A stretch of DNA of 64,000 bases. It comes from Pseudogymnoascus verrucosus (Eukaryota). A model generated the notes under the pieces. That model was not told the origin of the DNA. It did not search any database and was given only the letters and a program-made list of their open reading frames with translations. Of this stretch, positions 13,151 to 25,342 are shown piece after piece. The translations under genes and the position numbers were made by a program. The DNA lies in assembly GCA_001662655.1 (NCBI GenBank), contig KV460235.1; one strand, given 5' to 3'. How positions within the stretch are numbered: position 1 is the first letter of the stretch; every line of letters begins with the position of its first letter.

Positions 13151-13505
13151 AATATGAGAAAACAGGCAGGCGTTCCGGTTTGGGCTCTGGGTTGATGATT
13201 ATGAAGCGGTAGGATTTGTAGGATCTGTACTCCATAGGGTATGATAATCTGCTACAATTATGTTGTTTGTCAAATGGTTTTTGGCATCTCAAAGCCTCGT
13301 TCCGTAGCCTTGCGTCTGTTCTGGGCTTTGTGGAGTCCAATAGCAAGCGACCCCCGGCCGCTAATTCTAACATTTCTTTATCCACATTCCGCTACCCCAC
13401 CAGAAAATATCTTGACCCCGCCAAAATTTCATGACTCCGTTTGTCACTTGGAGAATCAACAAGCAACGCTCTCGGCGAGTTTAAAGAGGCAAAAAATCTC
13501 TCGCA

Positions 13506-15863
13506 ATGGAGCCTCTCCGTATCCTTCTCGTTGGCAATGGCGGCCGTGAGCATGCTCTGGCTTGGAAGCTGAGCCAGTCTGCCCACGTGGAGTCCATTAT
13601 TGCGGTACCCGGTAACGGAGGCACAGCGACGTGCGAAAAGGTCACCAACAACAACTCCGTCAAGGCCAATGATTACCCAGGCCTTGTTGCATTCGCAAAG
13701 GAGAACAAGATCAACCTGGTTGTCCCAGGACCCGAGGCTCCATTGGTCGACGGCATCGAAGATTACTTCCGTGCCGTTGGAATCCGCTGCTATGGCCCTT
13801 CCAAGGCCGCGGCGCGCATGGAGGGGAGTAAGACTTTCTCAAAGGATTTCATGAAGAAGCACAACATTCCTACCGCTGCATACGAAAACTTCTCTGACTA
13901 CGAGGCTGCCCGCAAGTACTTGGACACGATTGATCACAATGTCGTCATTAAGGCCAGCGGCCTTGCTGCTGGAAAGGGCGTTATCATTCCGACAACCAAG
14001 GAGGAGGCACAAGCAGCGTTGAAGGATATCATGCTGGACAAGGAATTTGGGGCCGCTGGTGACGAGGTTGTCATTGAGGAGTTTCTGGAGGGAGATGAGT
14101 TGAGCATTCTCAGCTTCAGCGACGGCTACACGATCAAATCCCTGCCGGCAGCGCAAGACCACAAGAGGATATTTGACGGCGATCAAGGACCAAACACAGG
14201 CGGCATGGGATGCTATGCTCCAACTAGCCTCGCTACCAAGGCTTTGATGGAGGAGGTGGAGCGAACAATTCTCCAGCCTACCATTGATGGAATGCGCAAG
14301 GATAGATTCCCGTTCGTCGGCACTCTATTCACCGGCCTGATGATCACCAAGGACGGACCGAAGACTCTCGAATATAACGTCAGATTCGGTGACCCTGAGA
14401 CCCAAACCCTCCTCCCGCTTATGAGCAAGGACTCCGATTTGGCTGAGATTATGGTCGCATGTACCGAAGGATGGCTGGACAGCGTAACGGTTGAGGTCGA
14501 GGCCAAATTCGGCGCAACCGTTGTGGTAGCCGCCGGCGGCTACCCAGGAGCTTACCCTACCGGTACTCCCATGACTCTCCAGACTCCTCCGGCTGGCACG
14601 AACCATTTCCATGCCGGAACTGTCATCAACGATGGCCAGCTCCAGACCGCAGGTGGCCGCGTTATCGCAGCTACCTCGACCGCCGAGACTCTTGAAGAGG
14701 CCGTTAAGAGAGCCTACGTCGGCGTCGACCACATCAAGTTCGAAAAGATGCAGTTCCGCAAGGACATTGCCCACCGCGCCTTCAAGCAGAAGGCCGCCGA
14801 GAAGGAGGCCCTAACATACGCCTCAGCTGGCGTCAGCATCGACGCCGGCAACGAGTTCGTCGAGCGCATCAAGTCCGCCGTAGCCTCCACCAAGCGTCCC
14901 GGCGCTGACGCCGAAATCGGCGGCTTCGGCGGCGAAGTCGACCTCGCGAGCGCCGGCTACACCACCGCCCCTGTCATGGTCGGCGCCATCGACGGCGTCG
15001 GCACCAAGCTCATGGTCGCGCAGGCCATGAACAAGCACGACACCGTCGGCATCGATCTCGTGGCCATGAACGTCAACGACCTCGTCGTCCAGGGCGCCGA
15101 ACCCCTCATGTTCCTCGACTACTACGGTTGCAGCCAGCTCAACCTTGAGAGCGCCGCCGCCTTCGTCGAGGGCGTAGCCGCGGGCTGCAAGCAAGCCAAC
15201 TGCGCCCTCGTCGGTGGCGAGACCGCCGAGATGCCGGGTATGTACCAGCGCGACGATTATGACGCTGCTGGTGCCGCTATTGGCGCTATGACCAAGGACC
15301 TCACCCTCCCGATGAAGTCCGCTATGATCCCCGGTGATGTCCTCATCGGCCTCGCCTCCAACGGCGTCCACTCCAACGGCTTCTCGCTCGTGCGCCGCAT
15401 CATTGCTCGTGAGGGGCTGGCCTACACCGATACCGCGCCTTGGGACACCTCTGCCTCTGTTGGCGCGAGCTTGCTCACCCCGACGAAAATCTACGTGCGC
15501 TCGCTACTCCGCGTGGTGCGCAAGCGTCTTGTGAAGGGGCTGTCGCATATTACAGGCGGTGGATTGGCGGAGAACGTGCCGCGCATGCTGCCGACGCACC
15601 TTGCTGCTGATATCGATGTTGCGACATGGCAGCTGCCGGAGGTGTTTAGGTGGTTGAAGAAGGCCGGGAATGTGACTGGGGTGGAGATGGGGAGGACGTT
15701 CAATACCGGTGTGGGTATGGTGGCGGTGGTGGCGAAGGAGAATGTGGAGCAGTTGATTAAAGAGCTTGAGGAGGAGGGGGAGACGGTTTATAAGATCGGA
15801 ACGCTTGTGGAGAGGGGTGAGAAGGAGGGATGTGTGCTCAGGAACCTTGAGTCGTGGGATTAG
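13506..15863 (+). CDS. ADE5,7: Bifunctional GAR synthetase / AIR synthetase (PurD-PurM)
   Basis: 785-aa ORF. GARS motifs GNGGREHALAWKL, GPNTGGMG and EYNVRFGDPE; AIRS motifs DGVGTK, GGETAEMPG, HSNGFS, HITGGG and TFNTGVG. Confidence 0.98.
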   Translation: MEPLRILLVGNGGREHALAWKLSQSAHVESIIAVPGNGGTATCEKVTNNNSVKANDYPGLVAFAKENKINLVVPGPEAPLVDGIEDYFRAVGIRCYGPSKAAARMEGSKTFSKDFMKKHNIPTAAYENFSDYEAARKYLDTIDHNVVIKASGLAAGKGVIIPTTKEEAQAALKDIMLDKEFGAAGDEVVIEEFLEGDELSILSFSDGYTIKSLPAAQDHKRIFDGDQGPNTGGMGCYAPTSLATKALMEEVERTILQPTIDGMRKDRFPFVGTLFTGLMITKDGPKTLEYNVRFGDPETQTLLPLMSKDSDLAEIMVACTEGWLDSVTVEVEAKFGATVVVAAGGYPGAYPTGTPMTLQTPPAGTNHFHAGTVINDGQLQTAGGRVIAATSTAETLEEAVKRAYVGVDHIKFEKMQFRKDIAHRAFKQKAAEKEALTYASAGVSIDAGNEFVERIKSAVASTKRPGADAEIGGFGGEVDLASAGYTTAPVMVGAIDGVGTKLMVAQAMNKHDTVGIDLVAMNVNDLVVQGAEPLMFLDYYGCSQLNLESAAAFVEGVAAGCKQANCALVGGETAEMPGMYQRDDYDAAGAAIGAMTKDLTLPMKSAMIPGDVLIGLASNGVHSNGFSLVRRIIAREGLAYTDTAPWDTSASVGASLLTPTKIYVRSLLRVVRKRLVKGLSHITGGGLAENVPRMLPTHLAADIDVATWQLPEVFRWLKKAGNVTGVEMGRTFNTGVGMVAVVAKENVEQLIKELEEEGETVYKIGTLVERGEKEGCVLRNLESWD

Positions 15864-16145
15864 AGATATATATGGCTGGATGAATAGGAAAAGTCAGAGG
15901 CGTTTACTTTGAATTGAATATACCAAATTACTTGACTTGAAGCGCCCATTTAACGTGATTTTGTAGCACAGAGCTGTGCAGTCAAAGTAAAGGTCCATTA
16001 CGAAGCAATGTTTCGGTATATTCGTATGAATAGTATATCTTCCTTGCATTTTGGTATATGACGATGTTGTATGTTCTAGGTCAATGAACGCCAAAATATC
16101 ACCATCGGCCCATGACCATTCAAGCATACTGCTGCCCATCTACGC

Positions 16146-19100
16146 TCAAAGCGCCCAGTCTCCTCCATCATCCGCCTCAGTCACGAACGGTTCGTCGACT
16201 CGCTTAATCGCATACTCGCTGCACAAAATACTACCGCCAATATATTAGTCAAGTCGTCTCAAAAAAGCGTCAAAAACGAAGAGAAAAGGAACTAACCAGC
16301 TCTCTGCTACCAAAGCATCCAACTCTCTAACCGCCTCCTCCCTCCCCTTACCCCCAACCATTCCCTTCCCCACCAGCGCCTGCAACTCTCTAATCCTGTT
16401 GGATTTAGCCTTCCCACCTCCTTCCACGACCTTCCTGCCCAGGCAATCTGAGTGAAACGCATGCTGGCACGGAAACACGAAGAACTGCCTTGCTAGAAGC
16501 GGCAGCGAGCACACATAGCACTTCTCGCCCGGCTCGACGATAGCGTAGCGCCCGCCCAGAGCAGCGACCTCGTCCTTGATGTGCGCGGCGGTGCGGGCGC
16601 TGCTGTCCATCTCCTCGCGCAACGCGTCGATACTTCGCGAGTAACCCTCGAGGGCGTCGCAGATTTCGTCCTTGAAATCATCGATGACGACGAAATCCGG
16701 GAAGAAGGGGATCAGGTCCTCGATCTTGAGGAGGGGACAGCGCGAGAGGAAGGCGAGGGCTGTAGCGATGCCGTCGCTCTCGCCGATGACGGTTTTGGCT
16801 ACGAGGAGCCAGAGCTTCTTGCGTAGAGAGGGGAGGGTGGGTCGGTTGGCGATAGAGGAGGCAAGGTCGATGGAGTTGTGAGAGAGGGCTAGGGTGACGG
16901 CTTGGAGGTATTGGCCCATTGTGCTGTAGATGTGAACGCAGGATTGGATGCGGGAGTGCTGGATGCAGAGGCGGAGGGCGAAGTCGGAGTCGAAGGAGGG
17001 GGTGTCTCCTTGAGACTCAAGGTAGGATAAGAGGGTGGATTCATCGGGAGAAGGGTGCGACGCGCATATGGAAATTAGGGTGTTATGGACGGCGGCGTCG
17101 GTGGAGTTGAGGGTATTAATGGTGAAAAGAAGGTATCGGACTGCGTGGTTCTTCGATAGCGGCCCGTTGTAGGTTCGATTGTAGGTTAAGAGAGCAGGAA
17201 TCAGGTCGCGTGTTTTCAATGTCGGATGGCGCATTAGGATGTCGATTAAGTCGGCGGCAACGTGTGTGATAAGAACGCTGCTGTATCGATAGAATATCGA
17301 GGCATCGGTCTGTTTCTTGAGAACATTGAGTGTTTCTGGCCAACGTTCTCTTTGGACCCAGTATCCAAGAACATAGTTATGATCGTTGACAGCACTGGCA
17401 AAGAAAAGGAGCTCCTCCTCCCTTCCATGGCTGCTGATAATATCATACGTGGTCTTGCGATCGAGATCGTTTTTATACTTTGTCACAAATTCGTGAAACT
17501 CAGTTTTAATCGTCTCCAGTTGGCTTTGGGTCTGCTCTGGGCTGAGCGACTCGGACAGTTCGGCTTTCGTTACAATGGTATCGTCCAACGAATTGAGCTT
17601 CGACATGAATATCTCTACAAGCCAACTTGCCAGCATGATCCTCTGCATGACCGAGGATTTTTTGAAGGTGGCAATTTTAGTCAACAGATACTTTCGGAGA
17701 GCATCTTGCTGATCATGTTCGATGAGAGCCAAGGCAACCTGCTCGAACGGCTTGCTGCTCTTTCCATAGACACCGGCGGCTTCCAGGTATTGCCCTCTGC
17801 CGATCAGGTAATCACCCGAGGCAGTAGCTACGGCATCCTTTTGCGATGGCGACCTTGCATATCGCAGTGCAGCATCGAAATGCTCATTCCGAAGCATGAC
17901 CTTCCATATGTCTCGATCTTCTTCTGTGACGACAATTTCAAAAATCTCAGTTGTCGTAAACAGCCAGAATGTATTCTTTTGTTGATCAGCAAGTAATGCT
18001 ACTGCCTGCTGTCCAGGGTCCAACACGATTTGGTCGAACACGACAGTATCATCCAGTCTGTTTATGGCGACTATGCGCCCGCCGACGAGATGCAAAATAT
18101 GCCATTGGGTCAAGGCGATAGCATCAACGCCTTCTTGGACAGGTTTCGCTCTTCCAGATGCTGACTCGCCTATAGGGAGTTGTGATATAGGAAGGATCTT
18201 TGACTCCGCAAATACTTTGCTTCCTAACTCTGAAGTAACTGGGGTGGAGAGGAGCTTCCCGTAGAACACTCCCTGAGACGACAGCCAAGCATAGGTACGA
18301 TCCGGCACCAGTGCCTCAGGTGACGAGGCATCAGGCGAGTCCGGTGATACAACGAGTGACGAGGTAAAAGTTGAGGATATTCGAGATATCTCGTGGACTG
18401 TTGGCTGTTCGGACTCGAACAGTTTCGCATAGATAGAACCGCCGCCTTCGGTACCGGACCTTGTAGCTTTGCCAACTAGATGCAATAATCTACCCCGTGT
18501 TGCAATCATGACTCTCCGTATATCTGCCTTGCCGGGTTGGACGGTGTCAACCCAAAGACCAGTAATTGCTCCATCTGGGAGCTTCTGGAGCGACTTCAAG
18601 TACTTGTCCTCTCGGCGGTAGAACTCGGTCGAGGTCTCGATGTAGACTTCGTATATGTTCCCATCAGTCGTGCCTATGAGTATCTCCCTCGTCGAGGCCG
18701 TTGGAAGGGACGGGTTCCAAGCCACGCACTCGATGGAAACGCCACGGAGTCGTGAAAGCGGTCTCGGCTGTCGGGACTGCGTATGGAGGTAATAGTTTTC
18801 GCCCAAGCTCGTGCTGATAATGAGATGCGAGGCAGTCGGGTCCAAGAACATGCGCCGTATCACGCCAATCTCGGACGTCTTCTTGGGCAGGTCAATGTCT
18901 GCAAGGTTAGCGTGGAGTCTTCATCCCCTTCGCAACGTGTGGCTTACCATCTATATCCTCGGCATTGTCTAAATCTATGCGCAGGATGCGGCCACTCGAG
19001 AGAGCGAGAACGAGGACATTGTTGGCGACCTGAGCAGCGACGAAGTCGGAGCCGATTGAGAACTGCAGCTGAACCCGCTCGATGTTGAATATGGGCAGGG

Positions 19101-19164
19101 ACGGCTCGTTGAGATCGTGAAAGGTGCTTGCGGCCGCATAGCCGTTCGACGTATCGAGTGCCAT
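16146..19164 (-). CDS. VPS18: HOPS/CORVET subunit Vps18 (Pep3)
   Basis: N-terminal FNIERVQLQF...VANNVL, then IRRMFLDPTASHLII, LKIEDLIPFFPDFVVIDDFK and a C-terminal RING (CYVC...FPCQHAFHSDC...CILC). Introns 18899-18947 and 16231-16296. Confidence 0.96.
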
Positions 19165-19619
19165 GGGTCAAATTGTAGGTGGCTACCTCATTATTGAGCA
19201 CAGCTTCAAAGGGGTAATAGAGTGTAGCCGTTGGCTTGTTGGAATGGCGGGGGATTGGAGGTTGAGGATTGGGGAAGTTGTAGTGCACGGGGAGAGAGTT
19301 GAAGTATGGACCTCCGCCTTCAGCCTTGCGCGGATCCTGTAGGGTGACGTTGGACCTGGAGCTATGGGGAGATGAGATGGTGATTGGCCTGACATTCGAG
19401 GCTGACACAACTTGACCGCCTGGTCATGTGAATATATATTGTACAAGTACCTATTTACTATTGTACTGAATTGAGAAGAGAGGGTATCATAAACATAAGA
19501 AAAGAGCTATTCTACTCGTACAATCGTCTTCTTCGCCCCGATTACTTACTTCGTACTGCAATTCATTCCATAGCAATAGAGACCTTCAGACAGCCATCAT
19601 TCCCAATCTCCGATCATTC

Positions 19620-19952
19620 TCACTTTGCCCCTTGTGCATGAGCGTCACCCCTATGAGCTCGCGCCGGCTCTCCATCTGCTTCTCTGCACTTGACACCCTC
19701 ATTACTCCCTTCTGCTGCTTCGGGACCACTATGTTGCTCTCTATCAGGTGCAGCTGTCTCCGCCCCTGGAGATTTCTCCCCGTTTTCGCTTTCGGGAGCC
19801 CCAAGTGCAACTGCGCCCTCCATCCCGTTGCCCAGCTGTTCCTGCACGAGATACTTTTGTTTCGAGCGCTCAAGCTGCAGTTGGTAGATGAGGGCGTTTG
19901 GATTTGAAGATTTCTTCGTTATCTGGCGGAGGGCGTTTGCTAGGTGAGACAT
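19620..19952 (-). CDS. Small hypothetical protein (110 aa)
   Basis: ATG-initiated ORF preceded by an A/C-rich leader, in an otherwise gene-free gap. No recognisable domain. Confidence 0.3.
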   Translation of the reverse strand: MSHLANALRQITKKSSNPNALIYQLQLERSKQKYLVQEQLGNGMEGAVALGAPESENGEKSPGAETAAPDREQHSGPEAAEGSNEGVKCREADGEPARAHRGDAHAQGAK

Positions 19953-21550
19953 CGGGTTGGAGAGTCTTGTTTGGTTTGATGGTGATCGTTGTTGCCCAAG
20001 TCGTGAGGTTTGGAGAGTTTAGGCTCCAGATGACCACTGTACAAGCATTCTGCATAACATCCATGGCAGCACTATATTACTCGACGGTCTCGCCGGGTCT
20101 CGCCAGGCCTGTTTATCTGTGTTAATAGCAATCATGGTAAAGATCTTTCCATACTCTGTACAGTGTCTGACTGAAGTCACAGGCGTCAAGAGATGGCAGG
20201 CACACATTGCTCGGTTTCAACATGTGGTGATAATCAACACCCCTCAACTCCAAAACAAGAGCCTCCTATAACAAAGAGACTCCATATTACTATTATTGGA
20301 TTCTAATCGACGATAGAGCAGTAGCCTGTCGATCTGCCGTATGGGCAATCGCGCCCACTCCGCCACTCCCCTCATCTCTCTAGATCGGCGCCAGGGGCAT
20401 CGCATGTTTGTTTTGATTCGGATAGAATAGTGCTGGAGTACACTGGGTGCTGAAGACCACAATACCCATGATCAGTACATGGTTTCTCGCACAGAGCCAC
20501 AGCCAGATCATAGATAACGGGTGTCGTGCATGGGAGAAATAGACACAGACCGCCCCTGCATCAAACGCTTGCGGTGTCAGAGTGGCCGGGGTGACCTCCC
20601 CTTACTACCACCAGTGGCTTCCGCGAACGTCCCTTACCACGTTTCAGCGATACGACGGCTCCCCGCCACAGCGCGTGCGAGGGTGAGATGAGAGGGGTCA
20701 TGACGAGCACTTCATAGCGCTGAGACGGCGGAAGACAAAGGAGGAACTGAGTGACAGAGCAACAAGTGCTGTCCATGACAACATGATGAGAAGGGGAGAG
20801 GGACAAAGACGGCGATGATGAACTGTCCGGCATGCTCTTGGCGGCTACAGTATCACAGTTACGGCGTCAACGCGTGGCTGTACTCTACTACTGTCTGATC
20901 GTAGGGGACTCTATGACTGACTGACTGACCCTCTTTCTCTCGCTTCGTCTCAGTCCTGTACATCAAAGTGTTTGTATGGCTGACATGGCGAGAGAGCCTC
21001 ACAAAAAGCACTTCAGCGAAACGCCAATACTGGTCGACTGATGACTGAAGGAACGTTCTGAAGCATATATATGCACATCAACTTCACCTCTTTCTTTCAC
21101 AAATCTTCATCAAAGCCTCGGGAGACAGACCCGGGATTCGCTCCTGTCTTTGTTCTGGCTGTACCTGTACCTGCCTGTCTACTTCCTTCTACACCCACTC
21201 TAGCGCCGATTCGTAGGTACCTCGTCCAGGGTCCACCTTCCTGAAACCCACCGCCCCAAAACCCTCCCCCATATCGGGATTTCGCGTCGCCCTCAATCAA
21301 CCCTCGACTCCGACTCTTGCCTACTAGTCCTTCTTTTCCCCATACGGCCCTCAAAATACACGAGGCAAACACGCAATCAAAACATTCCCAGACACTGCCA
21401 TCGTACGCAGAAGTATAGCATTGATGAACTGCGTGTCACTTCTCCTCCAGTCCGTTGAGGAGTTATAACCCGGACGTCAGCTCCGTTGCCAGCTGTTAGA
21501 CCACAGTGTCGCCGCATAGCTGAGCCTCGCTCCGCAAACCGACAACAGCC

Positions 21551-24409
21551 ATGGCCATGTTAGCCTCCAAGTCGCCATACCCGGCGAATCTATCGTCGGC
21601 GGGCATCCAGCAGTCCTCGATACCAATGTCCGCCGGTCTAACTGGCCGGAGAGTCTTGGTCGTCCCCCCAAGCAACCAGACATCTTTCAGCCCAACGGAA
21701 TCCGAGTTCTCAGACTCCATTGACGACCCCGACTCGGCAAAGCACTGGGATGAGGAGCGCGTCTGCGACTGGCTGCATACGATCAACTGTGGCGCCTATG
21801 AGAAGTTGTTCAAGAAGAACAATATTAATGGAGAGAACTTGCTAGAGATGGACAAGGCCGTCCTGCAAGAGATGGGTATCGACAAGATTGGTGACCGTGT
21901 GCGCTTATTCGTGAGCATCAAGAAGCTCAGGACGAAGGCATATGCCAACCAGAAGAAGAGGAATAGAGTATGTAGATGTCTGTCCTATCTGCTATTCTTT
22001 GATCACTAACGGTGGCAGGACTCATTTGCTGGTCTCCAGAGTAGCCTCCTATATACGCCTGCATCATCTGCCTCGCCCAGACCTCCCACCTCAGCCAACC
22101 GTGCAGCAACAAATAATAAACGATTCTCGAGACAGTACGACTCTTACAATCTTGGTGGCCTAACGCCGGAGATTTCCACGAAATCAAGCTCCCGTCCGAA
22201 CTCACCACTGCCTGAAGAGGCACGAGTAGTCCGCCAACAACGGTATAATGCGATTAGCCCACAAGATATACGAAGAGACCAAGGCCAAGGATACTTCCCG
22301 CCCACACCTGCCATCTCTTCACAGTCGGCTCGGCACCCAGGGACTCCTCTCGACAGGGACCAGCCACAGACAGCTCGCCTCATCGGCCACCACACTCGTG
22401 GAGCTGGCAGCATAGATGGATCGTTAATGTCGTCGTTACCAGAAGATCAGGATATGATCCGTGTCATTGCCAAGGATGGCTTGACCAAGGTCGTGAAAGT
22501 GACGGATTGCAAGACAATCGACGAGGTGATGAGGTTGACCCTACGGAAGTTCACCTATCGGGAGGATCATGAAAGGAATTACTGTTTCTGGACACTGGCC
22601 GGCCTCGAACCAGATCCAGCAGCATGTCGTAGACTCTTCGAGCCAGAGTTATGGCGTATTATCAAGGACTCGAAAAGACCGGAACGAAACCGTCTGATTC
22701 TGCGCAAGATCCACGCCGGAGAGCCTTCTGAAATGGAGCTCCAACGCGCGGCAGATATCGCCATGGAAGAGTCGGCCCAGTTACATTCTCGGGCACTAGA
22801 AGGCACTGGCAAGCGGAGCCAGCTGAAGGCGCAGAAGATCCTTGGAGAGCAGTGGGATACTGGCTTACAATATCCTCTTTCCCCCGCCTCGTTCACATCG
22901 AATGTTTCCGCTGGGGAGCGTGAGCGAAATGTCCACAACGCAGCCAAGGATCTTGAACGACCACCTCCTGCTGATGCTGCTCCTGTAAAAAGGAGGCAGG
23001 CCCGGGGAAAAAACGATGTGCTCCGACAATTCTTTGGACAGAGGCCTCCCAGTGAGCTGATCACATCCGACTTGACTACGTACTTCCCGAACCATGCCAA
23101 GGAGGAGATCGATAAGACAGCCCGGTTATCACTACGAAGATCGAAGCGTCTCAGCAGAGTCAACAGCCGACTATCTGTAGCCAGCAACCTGAGCTTTGCC
23201 TCAAGTATGAAGGATGCTCCCCCTATGCCCCGCATAGAAGATACTTGGCTCCAGACCGACCCCTCTGGCCCTAAACTGCGTGTTCTTGACCGCGGACACT
23301 CTATATACCGCGACTCAGTCTCTTCGTCAGTTTTGGAGCCCCTCCAAGAGGAATCGCCCACCGAGCCCAACAGAAAATCATACGTCTCATTTGACAGCGG
23401 CTCGGACACGCACGTTAACATCACTGATCCGGATGGACGCACTACGAGCAGCTACTTCGAAGATGGTAGCACCGAAGCCGGCTCGCTGCGCGAAATCAGC
23501 CAGGCACTCAATGAAGACGGCGAGGAGGCTGATGATGACTTGCAGAGTTTCCTGGCTGGTGACTCGTGGGATGACAGCAAGTGGATGAAGGGCGCTCTCA
23601 TCGGCCAAGGTTCCTTCGGCAGCGTCTATCTCGCGCTCCACACCGTGACAGGAGAGCTTCTGGCCGTCAAGCAAGTCCAGTCGCTATCTCCAGGCGTTGC
23701 CAGTGCCAACGACCAGAAGAAGAAGAGCATGATCGAGGCCCTGAAGCGCGAGATCGGCCTCCTCCGCGAGCTCCAGCACCCGAACATCGTGCAATACCTC
23801 GGCTGCAGTTCCTCCGCCGACTCGCTCAACATTTTCCTCGAGTACGTCCCCGGCGGATCCGTGCAGACGATGCTGAACTCGTACGGCGCCCTCCGCGAGC
23901 CGCTCGTGCGCAGCTTCGTCCGCCAGATCGTCACGGGGCTCGCGTACCTTCACGGCCGCGACATCGTGCATCGCGATATCAAGGGCGCTAATATCCTGGT
24001 CGACAATAAGGGCGGGATCAAGATCTCGGATTTCGGTATCTCGAAGAAGATGGAGGCCTCGAACGTGCTTGGCGGTGCGGGGAACAGCAAGAATCGCCCC
24101 TCGCTCCAGGGATCGGTGTTCTGGATGGCTCCGGAAGTTGTCAAGCAGACCAAGTACACGCGCAAGTCGGATGTGTGGTCGCTCGGGTGCCTGGTCATTG
24201 AGATGATGACGGGGAGTCATCCGTATCCTGACTGCTCGCAGCTGCAGGCCATCTTCAAGATTGGAGGGAGCAAGGCGCGGCCGACGATCCCGGAGGCGGC
24301 GAGTGATGAGGCGAAGCGCTTCTTGGATCAGACGTTTGAGATTGATGACCGTGATCGTCCGGATGCGGATGAGTTGCTTTTGAGCCCGTTTTTGAACCCT
24401 TGTACGTAA
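21551..24409 (+). CDS. STE11: MAP kinase kinase kinase Ste11 (SAM + Ras-binding + kinase domains)
   Basis: SAM domain (WDEERVCDWL...NINGENLL...MGIDKIGDRVRL), RPPSELI motif, and kinase motifs GQGSFG, AVK, HRDIKGAN, DFG and GSVFWMAPE. Intron 21968-22018 joins the two ORFs in frame. Confidence 0.97.
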
Positions 24410-24874
24410 GAGAGGGATGTGCTTTGGCCATCTCTTGGACGTGCGTCGGGTGAGGGGGGAGACTTGGGGAATTGATATGCTTGGTTTTATGCGGGATGGC
24501 TTGCTGGCACTGGCTGCCAGCGCTGTTATCCATGGTACGAGAAGATGAGATCGGATGAATTTATAAGAGGATATTTTGGGTGTGACGGAGTAATATATCA
24601 TGAGCCATTTTTTGCGCAGTTTCTTGGAGGGATTGGTTTAGCGACGGGGAGAGAGGTGGAAGGGGAGGGGAAGGGGCTTGATGGGATGAGATTTAAGATT
24701 CTTGATGTATAGTACTCGAGTATTAGTAGTATTTAAGGGGAAGTGCCCATTGAATCATACAAACGTTTGATTGTATCAGTCTATTGGTATCATAAAGCCC
24801 ATCGTGTGTTCCTCCTTGTAAACGCCATCCATCTATCCACCGTAACGCACTCCTCACTCCCACTCCTCTCACTG

Positions 24875-25342
24875 TCACATCTCATCCCACCCCTCCCCCC
24901 ACGTCTCCCCCACCACCAACCCCAACCTCCCGCTCTCCTCCCTCCCCCTCCTCAACCTCTCAATATACTCCCCACTCGCCCTCCCCTCCCCCTTTCTAGG
25001 ATCAACATAAACCAACACCCTCACCTTCCCCTCCTCTCCCTGCACAAACACCCCCATCCCCCTCCTCTCATACGCCCACGGCACCCCCTCCGCCTCATCC
25101 AACCCCTCCTCATCCGCGGGGTCCATCACATACAGTAACCCCACCACTTGTCGCCCGGGACAGGGGCGGATGTTGGCGTATCCCCGCTCGCCGATGAACC
25201 ATTCGTGGTTGGGGAGGGTCGCGAGGGGGGAGGTGTGGAGGGGGGAGGAGGGGCAGCGGGAGTGCATTTGGGTGGGGGAGAGGTTGGACCCGTAGGCGAA
25301 GTAGAGGGTGTGCTTTGGGGGGGAGGTGAGGGTGCTGCCCAT
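24875..25342 (-). CDS. Gamma-glutamylcyclotransferase / AIG2-like protein
   Basis: LYFAYGSNL...QM...RCP, GYANI, V-GLLY and LDEAEGVP-AY motifs of the GGCT fold. Confidence 0.88.
   Translation of the reverse strand: MGSTLTSPPKHTLYFAYGSNLSPTQMHSRCPSSPLHTSPLATLPNHEWFIGERGYANIRPCPGRQVVGLLYVMDPADEEGLDEAEGVPWAYERRGMGVFVQGEEGKVRVLVYVDPRKGEGRASGEYIERLRRGREESGRLGLVVGETWGEGWDEM

Noticed and set aside
11315..19164. VPS45 and VPS18 close together as a possible trafficking gene cluster
   Set aside because: They are separated by ADE5,7 and lie in a run of unrelated housekeeping genes. Chance is sufficient without synteny evidence.
23684..24601. Long antisense ORFs (also 14823-15371, 26874-27596, 28380-29159 and 35370-36335)
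   Set aside because: They lie opposite high-GC3 conserved genes, where antisense frames lack stops, and they show no independent motifs.
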